Shown one piece after another: positions 9,650 through 18,621 of a stretch of DNA of 64,000 bases. The notes under the pieces are model-generated. The model was not told the DNA's origin. It did no database searches and saw only the letters and a list, made by a program, of their open reading frames with translations. Each line of letters opens with the position of its first letter. Within the stretch, counting starts at the first letter, position 1. Source of the stretch: Planctomycetota bacterium (GTDB lineage Bacteria > Planctomycetota > UBA1135 > JACQFD01); assembly GCA_046160785.1 (NCBI GenBank), contig JBJXHE010000008.1:3920-67919 (forward strand), read 5' to 3'. A program made the position numbers and the translations under genes.

Positions 9650-11347
9650 ATGGGTGAATCGCCCGCTGCCGAGCGAATACTTCAATATCATGATCGCACG
9701 AAGCACTATCCGATGCGTTTTGCGCGGTCGCTCGGATATTTAGATTGGGCGAACCAGCCGAATCCGTTTCGTAAATTTAAGGGAGCGCGAAAAGTATTAT
9801 TACCAATCGACTCTTCCGCCGGCGCAGCGGCGCATCAAAATCTTTATGCTGGTTTTGGAAGGGGCGAAATCTCCGAGCCGTTAACAATAAAAAGTCTCGG
9901 CCGTTTTTTTGAACTCTCGCTCGGAATTACCGCGTGGAAATCCTATGAATCGTCGCGGTGGGCGCTGCGCGCGAATCCGTCGAGCGGAAATTTACATCCG
10001 ACGGAAGGATATGTAATCTTACCGGCGATTCCTGAAATTGGAGAATCGTCCGGCGTCTATCATTATCGAAGCGTCGATCACGCGCTCGAAGAGCGGTGTA
10101 AATTTACAAAAGAGGTTTTCACATCGCTCGCGCGCGGATTTGTATCGAATACGTTTTTTGTAGGATTGACTTCCATTCACTGGCGCGAGGCGTGGAAGTA
10201 CGGCGAGCGAGCGTTTCGTTATTGTCAACACGACGTGGGACACGCCATTGGATCTTTACAATTCGCCGCCGCCGCCCTCGGCTGGCGTTTTTCTGTATTA
10301 TCCGTTCCGTCGGACGACGAAGTATCCGATCTGTTAGGTTTGAGCCGCAAAATGGATTTCGAAGGCGCGGAATTGGAGCAACCGGATTTGATCGGATTTG
10401 TCCAAACCGAACCGGGAACGGCCGAGCTTAATGTATTAAATACATTTCCACCGGACGCCGCGCGTTTGCAATTATTAATCGCGCCGTGGTCCGGAATAGC
10501 TAATATCCTGAGCGCGGATCACGTCGAATGGGATGCAATTGACGCCGCCGCCGCAGCCGCGCAAAAACCGCGAACTGTAAACATTGCAATACAAGACGCG
10601 GAGCGCCCGCCCGAACCCGGAACGGTAACATTAACAAACGCGGATACGCCAGCGGCAACGCTGATTCGGCAGCGCCGCAGCGCGACGGCCTTTGATGCAA
10701 AAACGCCGATGGCGCGCGATGCGTTTATGAACATTCTCGACGCGACGCTGCCGCGCTGGAACGCCTCGCCTTTTTGTAGCATATCGGATATGTTAGATTT
10801 GCGCGCGTCCGTCCACCTTGCGATTTTTGTGCATCGCGTCGAAGGTCTGGAGCCGGGAATTTACTTTTTGTTACGAGACGCCGCGCTTCTCGATCGCATT
10901 CGCGCCGCGACGCGGCCCGCGTTTGAATGGAAACGCGTTGATAACATTCCCGATTATTTGCCTTTCTATTTATTAAAGAAAGGGGATATGCGCGGCTACG
11001 GCGCGTCGGTGAGTTGTAATCAAGACATCGCGGGCGACGGCGCGTTCAGCCTCGGAATGATCTGTGACTTTGAAAATAATATATCTAAACGCGGAGCGCA
11101 CTTTTATCGTTACGCCCATTGGGAGGCGGGCCTCGTCGGCCAAGTGTTATATTTGGAGGCGGAAGCCGCCGGTTTCCGCGGAACTGGCATCGGTTGTTTT
11201 TATGATGATGAAGTTCACGGATTGTTAGGAATCAAGACGCACGAGTGGCACACGATTTATCATTTCGCGTGCGGCATGCCCGTCGATGACCCGCGTTTGC
11301 AAACGGGCCCCGGCTATACCGAAGGCGCCCGATTATTAACGGATTGA
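9650..11347 (+). CDS. SagB/ThcOx-type nitroreductase-family flavoprotein with two nitroreductase domains
   Basis: YHDRTKH, LRANPSSGNLHPTE, WREAWKYGERAFRY, IRQRRS, second domain with SCNQ..GIGCFYDD. Confidence 0.88.
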   Translation: MGESPAAERILQYHDRTKHYPMRFARSLGYLDWANQPNPFRKFKGARKVLLPIDSSAGAAAHQNLYAGFGRGEISEPLTIKSLGRFFELSLGITAWKSYESSRWALRANPSSGNLHPTEGYVILPAIPEIGESSGVYHYRSVDHALEERCKFTKEVFTSLARGFVSNTFFVGLTSIHWREAWKYGERAFRYCQHDVGHAIGSLQFAAAALGWRFSVLSVPSDDEVSDLLGLSRKMDFEGAELEQPDLIGFVQTEPGTAELNVLNTFPPDAARLQLLIAPWSGIANILSADHVEWDAIDAAAAAAQKPRTVNIAIQDAERPPEPGTVTLTNADTPAATLIRQRRSATAFDAKTPMARDAFMNILDATLPRWNASPFCSISDMLDLRASVHLAIFVHRVEGLEPGIYFLLRDAALLDRIRAATRPAFEWKRVDNIPDYLPFYLLKKGDMRGYGASVSCNQDIAGDGAFSLGMICDFENNISKRGAHFYRYAHWEAGLVGQVLYLEAEAAGFRGTGIGCFYDDEVHGLLGIKTHEWHTIYHFACGMPVDDPRLQTGPGYTEGARLLTD

Positions 11348-11398
11348 CGGGCGGGGGATCGTCGCTAGTCTGATTCCGCTCCGACTTGAGTCAACACC

Positions 11399-12868
11399 AT
11401 GCGAATTGCTTCAATTAGTTTAACGATCCTATTATTAAATATTGCGATTCCAAACGCGGGTTGCAAACCCGCGAGCGGGCCTGCGTCGATTCCCGCCGTT
11501 GCAACCGAAACTGATTTGTATGCTGCGATTGAAAAGGACGACGCCGCAAAATTAGCAATCATCCTGGATGCAAAACCGGAATTGTTAGAACCGAAAGATA
11601 AAGAAAAAGCAGTAACGACGCCGCTTGTCGCTGCGATTCGAGGAAAAAAAGAAAAGTCCGTTGATTTATTGTTAACGCGCGGTGCCGACGAGAATCGGCG
11701 AGCGGATAGTCTTACACCGTTGATGTGGGCGGTTTTGTATGAACACATACCTATCCTGGATCGGCTTGCTAAAGTGCGTCCTAATTTTAGTTTACAAGAC
11801 ACGCGCGGACGAACCGTGTTTCATTATGCAGCGGCATTTGCAACAAAAGAAGGAATGCAAACTTTGCGGAATTATAGTATGGCCGTGGATGTCCGCGATA
11901 GGATCGGACGGTCGGCATTGCATCTATTATTGATGCGCGCTGATGATCCAGAAATCTGCGCCGCATTCCTCGACCGCGTGCACGGCGACGATTTATTTGG
12001 CGCGGATCAGTTTGGTTGGACCGAGAAGCATTTTGCGGCGGCGTTTCACTCGCAGTACGAGTTGATAAATATGTTTAACGCGCTAAATGTTAAAACTAAG
12101 ACTGGAAAAACTCCACTTCACTTGGCATGCAGCAACGGCGACGTGAAACTTATTGAGCATCTTGTTGGATATGGCGCTGATATTCACGCTGCGGATAATC
12201 GCGGTTGGCAAGCTGTCGATTACTTCAAAAACGGATCAATTGGAAATATCGAAAACAAATTGTTGGGCCGGAATAGTTTGAAAGAAGATGATATTAGTAT
12301 TCTTAAGAAATTATGTAAAAGTAAAGACCGGCCGGAGACCGCAATTCATATCAAAAATATTGTTCGGACGATCGACGCCTCGTGCGGTTTAATCATGTAC
12401 GAGATGCCGGAATTTATTCTATGGAGCGATGGCGTTTGTTTATTTCGACCGAGAGAAACCAATGCGCCCGGCGACTCGAGACGAATTTCATATCTTAAAC
12501 CCGACGAGATTAAATTTTTAGTGAGCGAGATCGAGGAGACCGGAGTCTTAACCTACGATTCTTTATATTCAAACGCGGCAATCGGAAGCTATGAGATTCT
12601 TGAAGATTCAGAATTGTCAATTCATAGCGAATCAAGCGACGGCGGAAAAGTTTCGTTTAGTTTGACTCTCAGGGGACCTTTTCTAATGGCTTCTCGCGAC
12701 CCCTGGCAACGTCTGGACCCCAAGCTCGAATTAGATATATTCGAATTCCGGCGATCTCTCAATTTTGTGCATGACCTCGCCGCCGCAACCGTTTTTCACC
12801 GCTCAACCGAAGCATGGAAAATTCTCGGCGAAGACACCGAATTTCGCGGCGAGACAATTCGTAAATAA
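11399..12868 (+). CDS. Exported ankyrin-repeat protein
   Basis: Ankyrin motifs TPLVAA, TPLMWA, GRTVFHYAA, GRSALHL, GKTPLHLAC..GADIHAAD; N-terminal signal or lipoprotein sequence. Confidence 0.85.
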   Translation: MRIASISLTILLLNIAIPNAGCKPASGPASIPAVATETDLYAAIEKDDAAKLAIILDAKPELLEPKDKEKAVTTPLVAAIRGKKEKSVDLLLTRGADENRRADSLTPLMWAVLYEHIPILDRLAKVRPNFSLQDTRGRTVFHYAAAFATKEGMQTLRNYSMAVDVRDRIGRSALHLLLMRADDPEICAAFLDRVHGDDLFGADQFGWTEKHFAAAFHSQYELINMFNALNVKTKTGKTPLHLACSNGDVKLIEHLVGYGADIHAADNRGWQAVDYFKNGSIGNIENKLLGRNSLKEDDISILKKLCKSKDRPETAIHIKNIVRTIDASCGLIMYEMPEFILWSDGVCLFRPRETNAPGDSRRISYLKPDEIKFLVSEIEETGVLTYDSLYSNAAIGSYEILEDSELSIHSESSDGGKVSFSLTLRGPFLMASRDPWQRLDPKLELDIFEFRRSLNFVHDLAAATVFHRSTEAWKILGEDTEFRGETIRK

Positions 12869-12871
12869 TAA

Positions 12872-13474
12872 CTACTTATCGCCGGAGTCTTTCGCCCACC
12901 CGCCAAACACGTAATCCCGATCTTTAGCATTTGTGTGACATTGAACGCAATTAGCAATGCGCCCGTTCGTAATTTTAGAAGGGTTTTCGAAATAGAAGTA
13001 TTCCCAATCGCCGTGTTCCGGATCGTAACCCGGCGCGCGTTTGATCATGCCGCCGACGCCGGGCTTTTGTGAGTATTTGAGTCCGTCTATCCGGTTCGGC
13101 GGAGCATCGATGCTTAGTTTATCTTTAATAACAATTGAGCCGGCCGGGTAATTATTGGTCTGTTTGTTATAGGAAGATGCCGCGGGATTGTTCATGTAAA
13201 TATTAATGGACGCGAACGCGTGGACCCCGGACTGCTCCTTATTGATTTCAATAAACCGCTCCGGCGTCATAAAGCATATCGTTGTGCTGGCCAATGAAAC
13301 TTGGTGAGGCACCGGAGTCATCAACTGAAATCCTTTATAACTAATCGCGATTTCTTCGATCGTCGGCGAATCCGCGACGGCGTTTGCCGCTGTCTCCGGC
13401 GACTTACAACAAATCCCAAAAACGCACGCGCCGATGATTGTTACAAATGCGAGCAACGATTTCATCGGCGCCAA
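12872..13474 (-). CDS. Cytochrome P460-family c-type cytochrome
   Basis: C-terminal CVQCH..DYVF, YPAGSIVIK, GGMIKR..GDWEY; signal peptide. Confidence 0.82.
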   Translation of the reverse strand: MAPMKSLLAFVTIIGACVFGICCKSPETAANAVADSPTIEEIAISYKGFQLMTPVPHQVSLASTTICFMTPERFIEINKEQSGVHAFASINIYMNNPAASSYNKQTNNYPAGSIVIKDKLSIDAPPNRIDGLKYSQKPGVGGMIKRAPGYDPEHGDWEYFYFENPSKITNGRIANCVQCHTNAKDRDYVFGGWAKDSGDK

Positions 13475-13484
13475 TCTTCAATTA

Positions 13485-15182
13485 CTAAAAGGTCAACCTC
13501 AACAACTGCGACGAGCTCAGCAAACTCGCCGACGGAACGCACGGGCCGGAGCCCCAATACCATAATGTTTGGAAATAGAAGTCGACGCCGAGGAATTGAG
13601 GATTGTTAACAACTGGGACGAGCCCGATTCCGAAGCCGGTCGCATCGCTAACAATGTCGCCGAAGTAGGATTCTGTAGCATTGATCAAATCCGGATACAT
13701 TACAATTCCAAGGCCGAACGGATCGAAGCCGCCAAGATTAGCGGCGTCGGTAATAAATAACAATCCGAGTGACGCGGGCGGTGAACTCGACGATGTTACA
13801 ATCATCGGATTGATCGTTAGCGACGGAAACGATTTCAAATTGATATGTTCGATTCCGCTGCAGCCGGGCGTTCCGAGAGCATTATCAAATTGTTCGAGGC
13901 CGGGCGCAAAAGATAGAATTCGAACGTGCCCGGCTGGCTGCTGCCCCGGCAAATTTTCGCCGCCGGGCGACAACGCTAATAAATCGGGGAGCCCGTCAGC
14001 ATTAACATCGCCCGCGCGCGATAGCGCGGTCCCGAGCCGGCTTTCGTTACCATCGCCAAGAATTGTTGTAATGTGAGCGGCGGTAGATCCTTCAAAAAGA
14101 CGCACCGCGCCCGCGTTGACAAAACTAGTATTACTAAACTTGGGCGCGCCGACAGCGAATTCATCAAATCCATCTTGGTCCAAATCGCCAACGCTCGAAA
14201 GCCCTAATCCGAAGTCTTCGCCAGCCGTCTGGCCGAAGACTTTATTTAACAATAAACCGTTTGCTCCGGAATAGATCGATACAGATCCCGTCGCGCTTTC
14301 CCCGGGCCCGCCGACAAGAATATCATTCATTCCGTCGCCGTTGTGATCGCCGGCGAAGGCTACAGATTGGCCAAAGCTAACGCCGCCGGTAAGAGTATAA
14401 ATCGTCGTTCCGTTTCGCCCCGAAACGACTCTCGCATAATTTGCAAATCGAGCTCCCGCTACAAAATCGGGAATTCCGTCGAAATTAATATCTCCAATTC
14501 CCGCGAGCGCATTACCGAAGCCATCACTTACGTTTGTTCCAAAAATTGTATATTTAATGTTGCCAACGGGGCTCAATCCCAGACGCACCGAGTTCGACCA
14601 GAAAGGCGAGGAGCCGTTTGTGTCCCCGGAAAATAATATATCATCTTTCCCATCGGCGTTCACGTCGCCGATATCGGAAACCGCAATGCCCGTGGACGGC
14701 GCGAACGTGAATTGCAAATGTAATAATTTTCCGCCGGCGCCGCTGTATACAATAATCTGCGCTGGAATGTCGCCTAGAAAGTCTTCCTGTTCAGGCACGC
14801 CCATCACGAAATCTTGAATTGCGTCATTATTAAAATCACCGATCGTTGCAATTGATAATTGTGTAAACGCGGCAAAGATGGGTCCGAAGAATGAGAGATC
14901 GTCCTGCATCATGATAAATGCGCCATTGAAACCCGAATACTGAGCAGCGTGGCCCTTGTCGGATTCTACAGTTACCACGACGTCGGGAACGCCGTCGCCG
15001 TTCAGATCCGCGGCGCCCGCGATTGACGTTCCAAAGATTTTCCCGGCCGGTGGCTTGAGGCGGACGATATCGGTGCCGTGCGTATCTGTAAATTGCACAA
15101 TATTTTTGAAATTACAAATACCAGGTGAAGCTACGACCGCAGCGAAAATAAACGGAGCTGCTAATTGTAGCATCTTCATCAT
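13485..15182 (-). CDS. Secreted FG-GAP (integrin-alpha-like) repeat protein with the shared C-terminal domain
   Basis: About seven repeats with DxNxDG Ca-binding loops (DLNGDGVPD, DVNADGKDD, DINFDGIPD, DHNGDGMND, DLDQDGFDE, DVNADGLPD) and FG..GAP motifs. Confidence 0.9.
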   Translation of the reverse strand: MMKMLQLAAPFIFAAVVASPGICNFKNIVQFTDTHGTDIVRLKPPAGKIFGTSIAGAADLNGDGVPDVVVTVESDKGHAAQYSGFNGAFIMMQDDLSFFGPIFAAFTQLSIATIGDFNNDAIQDFVMGVPEQEDFLGDIPAQIIVYSGAGGKLLHLQFTFAPSTGIAVSDIGDVNADGKDDILFSGDTNGSSPFWSNSVRLGLSPVGNIKYTIFGTNVSDGFGNALAGIGDINFDGIPDFVAGARFANYARVVSGRNGTTIYTLTGGVSFGQSVAFAGDHNGDGMNDILVGGPGESATGSVSIYSGANGLLLNKVFGQTAGEDFGLGLSSVGDLDQDGFDEFAVGAPKFSNTSFVNAGAVRLFEGSTAAHITTILGDGNESRLGTALSRAGDVNADGLPDLLALSPGGENLPGQQPAGHVRILSFAPGLEQFDNALGTPGCSGIEHINLKSFPSLTINPMIVTSSSSPPASLGLLFITDAANLGGFDPFGLGIVMYPDLINATESYFGDIVSDATGFGIGLVPVVNNPQFLGVDFYFQTLWYWGSGPCVPSASLLSSSQLLRLTF

Positions 15183-16591
15183 TATGCTCCGACTTTGAGC
15201 GTAATGGTTAGATCGCGCGTCGTCGCCGACGAACTCTTGCTTTGTATCTCTTTGAGCGGCGCCATGAACGGCGCAAACGGCTCCTGATCAATATATATAA
15301 CGGCGATGTCCGCGGGAACTGATACTAACGTTACGCGAAACTTGCCTTCGCTGTCGGTGATCGCAAAATCTTCTCGCGACAGATCGCACCATTGCCACTC
15401 ATTCGGATAACAAAAGGCAACTTGCGTTCGGATAATTGGTTTTCCCGAACTATCTAATAATTGCCCGGAGACGACGATCGGTTTTCCGAGCCGGATTTCT
15501 AGTATTTGATCCTGCTTCGCCGTTCGTGTCGCCGCGCCGAATTCCTTAGCTTCCACTTTAATAATCGAACGGTCGAGCGGGAGAAGATGCGCCTCGATTT
15601 CAAACGCGCCGTTCGCGTCGGTTTGTACAATTTCGTCGCTGAACGTAAGCCCTGATACAAATCCGTAATCGGTGGAGGTCAGCGTAACTGTAGCATTCGG
15701 AATTCCCGCGCCCGTCGAGTCGTCGACGACGCGGCCTGTTAACACGGTGGCCGCGTCGAGCACGAAATCTACAGATCGCGTTTCACCCGGCGCCAAGTCG
15801 ACCGGGCCGACGGCGGCGGATTGATACTGATCGTCATCGGTCTTGCACGAAATGATCATATCCTGCGCGGGCAACTCTTGAATTTTAATTGTAAATTTAC
15901 CCTCCGCGTCGGTTTCTGTATCTTCGGACGGCGAATCTTTAAATGGACCGAATCCGGGAACGATCGAAATGGTGGCTCCTTCAATCGGCTGGCCCGTCGC
16001 GCGCGATGTTACTTTTCCGGTAACTACCGGCGCAGTTGATATAACAAAATTGCATTCGACGGGAGGCTCTGTCGGCAAATGAATATTTGTAAATTTACGA
16101 TAAACGGGCGTGAGATCGCTTGTTTTCGCAGGAGTTTTGCCGTCGGCCGAAACGATGCCGGCCCAGCTCGTTGCCGCGAACCAGCCGCTGAGGAGCGTGC
16201 GCCCGTACCGCACTTCGTACGTTCCGTCGGGTTCGGGATCGCCGGAAGCAACAATATCGCCGGCCGCGTCGTAGAGCTCGACCTGCAGCGCGTCGAGATG
16301 AACGCCGGTCGGAATTGTTACTTTCCCGCGGAGCACCACGGGTTCGTCGGCGTCGGGAATAATCTTGGGATTTACTGATTTGTGATTTCCGGTTTCCTGC
16401 CGGACGGGTTTCGAAGTCGCGTCGCCCGTTGCGATCGCGCGACTCCGCGGATCCACCGAAGGTGAAGTCGAGCCGGTGGTTGTGTTTGTATTCGAACCCC
16501 CGCCGCTCGGCGGGCCTTGAAGGAATATTACAATTCCGATGACGACGAGCGCGACAACAAGTAAGACTGCGGCGAGAGCGCGAGAATTCAT
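15182..16591 (-). CDS. Membrane-anchored carboxypeptidase-regulatory-like (CarboxypepD_reg) repeat protein
   Basis: N-terminal TM helix; repeated GxV..TG.PI.GA.V..TDA.G.F units; 1-nt overlap with the FG-GAP gene. Confidence 0.75.
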   Translation of the reverse strand: MNSRALAAVLLVVALVVIGIVIFLQGPPSGGGSNTNTTTGSTSPSVDPRSRAIATGDATSKPVRQETGNHKSVNPKIIPDADEPVVLRGKVTIPTGVHLDALQVELYDAAGDIVASGDPEPDGTYEVRYGRTLLSGWFAATSWAGIVSADGKTPAKTSDLTPVYRKFTNIHLPTEPPVECNFVISTAPVVTGKVTSRATGQPIEGATISIVPGFGPFKDSPSEDTETDAEGKFTIKIQELPAQDMIISCKTDDDQYQSAAVGPVDLAPGETRSVDFVLDAATVLTGRVVDDSTGAGIPNATVTLTSTDYGFVSGLTFSDEIVQTDANGAFEIEAHLLPLDRSIIKVEAKEFGAATRTAKQDQILEIRLGKPIVVSGQLLDSSGKPIIRTQVAFCYPNEWQWCDLSREDFAITDSEGKFRVTLVSVPADIAVIYIDQEPFAPFMAPLKEIQSKSSSATTRDLTITLKVGA

Positions 16592-16799
16592 AATTTAAAG
16601 CTCTTGATACAACGGATTTCAAAGAAGTGTTAGTGGTTCACAAAAATGCTCACTTCACGACCCGCGAAAGAATGGTAACTTTGGAACCACGAAACAAGAT
16701 TTTCACACCTTGCGTCAATTGCAGGTGTTTCGTAAAAAGCTACCGCTCGCACCCTTCCCTCTTTCTCTACTCGCGACCACAAACTCCGAATTCGAAACT

Positions 16800-18428
16800 A
16801 TGCGAAGTTTACTCTTATGCGCGCTCCTCACGGGCGCGGCAATGTTTGCCGCTGCAATGCCTGTCCAGGCGCAAGCACCGATCAAGACCGTTTTATTTAA
16901 AAACGGTTTTTCGTCGCCGATCCAAGTAACCGCCCCCAGAAGTGATTTTAGTCGCGTGTACGTTGTCGAGCGCGCGGGTCGAATCAAGGTTTGTGATATT
17001 AATACTGGCGTGGTGCTCAGCACCTTTTTAGATATATCCGCTTTGACGACAACGACCGGCGAGCGTGGCTTAATGAGCATGGCGTTCCACCCGGAGTTCG
17101 ACGCCGTTAATAATAAAGATTATTATGTATATTATACAAATCTCGCTGGAAGCATTGTCATCGCCCGATACCGTGCGATTACGCCGCTGGTTTCAAATAT
17201 CGCGGCATCCATTTTAATAACAATTCCGCACCCGAACTTCTCGAATCATAATGGCGGGCAGGTCGCATTTGGCGGTGATGGAATGTTGTACTTCGCACCC
17301 GGCGACGGTGGAAGCGCAAACGATCCCAGCAATAACGCGCAAAACCTTAACAATCTTCTCGGCAAGATGGCGCGCGTCAACGTTACAAATACGGGCGGAC
17401 CGCTTTATACAATTCCGGCAAACAATCCTTATGTTGGAATCGCCGGCATGGATGAGATTTGGTCGATCGGCCTTCGTAACCCGTTCCGATTCGCGTTCGA
17501 TCGCGACACGGGCAATTTAATCATTGGCGACGTCGGCCAGAACCAAATCGAGGAACTTGATTATCAACCCGCGAATCACGTTCCCGCGCTCGGTCAAGCG
17601 CGCAACTACGGATGGCGCTGCATGGAAGGCAATAATCAGACGAACCTCGGCGGATGCAACTATCCGAATCCGTATCCAAATATGATCGCGCCGTTTCATG
17701 TTTATAACCACGGCGTCGGCGTATCGCTGACGGGTGGTGCTCTGTATCGCGGATGCCAGATTCCCGATCTCCGCGGAAGTTACTTTTTCGGCGATTACGT
17801 TTCTGCACAAATCTTTTCATTAAAGTACGACGGTACAACGGTCACGAATCTTACAAATCGTACCGCACAGCTCGCGCCGGGCGGCGGAATGGGCATTTCA
17901 ACAATTGTTAACTTTGGCGAAGACGCGCACGGCGAATTGTATATTTGCGATTTGGGCGGCGGCGAAGTGTTTAAGATTGTTCCGGTAACGCCCGTGATTG
18001 TTGGCGTTACGAGCTACGGCGTCGGCACGCCCGGCTGCGCGGGCAATCAGACGCTGAGCGTCAACTGTTCGCCTGTTGTTAACAATGCGGGCTTCCGCAT
18101 CAATACTACAAATTGCCCGCCGAGTTCCATCGGTTTGGGAATTGTAACAGATGTTCAAGACGTGGCAGGAGCCGATCACCTCGGCGTCGGCGTTCTTTTA
18201 CACTGCGCATTGGCCGGAGCCACTGAATTATTAACATTCGACGCGACGAGCGACGGGCTTGGGGTTGGTACAGCGCTCGCGCCAGTCCCTAATAATCCTC
18301 TGCTCGCCGGAATGGATTTTTATGCATCGACGCTTTGGGCGTGGTCGCCCGTCACGTGCGTGTTGCCCGGTGCGAATGTTTACAATTTGAGCACGTCTAA
18401 CGGTCTGGCAATTATCATTCAGCCGTAA
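16800..18428 (+). CDS. GSDH-family (PQQ-dependent sugar dehydrogenase-like) beta-propeller, paralog 1
   Basis: GERGLMSMAFHP, NHNGG, GDGG, GLRNPFRF, DVGQ..EE, NYGW; signal peptide from ATG 16800. Confidence 0.9.
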   Translation: MRSLLLCALLTGAAMFAAAMPVQAQAPIKTVLFKNGFSSPIQVTAPRSDFSRVYVVERAGRIKVCDINTGVVLSTFLDISALTTTTGERGLMSMAFHPEFDAVNNKDYYVYYTNLAGSIVIARYRAITPLVSNIAASILITIPHPNFSNHNGGQVAFGGDGMLYFAPGDGGSANDPSNNAQNLNNLLGKMARVNVTNTGGPLYTIPANNPYVGIAGMDEIWSIGLRNPFRFAFDRDTGNLIIGDVGQNQIEELDYQPANHVPALGQARNYGWRCMEGNNQTNLGGCNYPNPYPNMIAPFHVYNHGVGVSLTGGALYRGCQIPDLRGSYFFGDYVSAQIFSLKYDGTTVTNLTNRTAQLAPGGGMGISTIVNFGEDAHGELYICDLGGGEVFKIVPVTPVIVGVTSYGVGTPGCAGNQTLSVNCSPVVNNAGFRINTTNCPPSSIGLGIVTDVQDVAGADHLGVGVLLHCALAGATELLTFDATSDGLGVGTALAPVPNNPLLAGMDFYASTLWAWSPVTCVLPGANVYNLSTSNGLAIIIQP

Positions 18429-18460
18429 GTCGTTCGCTGAAAATGTGATTTCTTCAAAGC

Positions 18461-18501
18461 GCACGAGCTCCGATTTGCCAAATCGGGGCTCGTGTTGTTT
18501 T
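18461..18501 (+). terminator. Probable intrinsic terminator between the two GSDH genes
   Basis: Hairpin GCACGAGCTCCGATT-tgcca-AATCGGGGCTCGTGT followed by TGTTTT. Confidence 0.7.
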
Positions 18502-18621
18502 ATAACCGGTTAAAACTCCCGCCAAACTTGGAACTAAGTTCGGTCGGCCGCTGATCTAACTTTGATCCTTCGGCAGTTCTTACATTTCGGCACGGTCGCC
18601 GTAATTAACATTATTAATATT

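Noticed and set aside
9650-11347. RiPP (azole peptide) biosynthetic cluster
   Set aside because: No YcaO, precursor peptide or transporter nearby.
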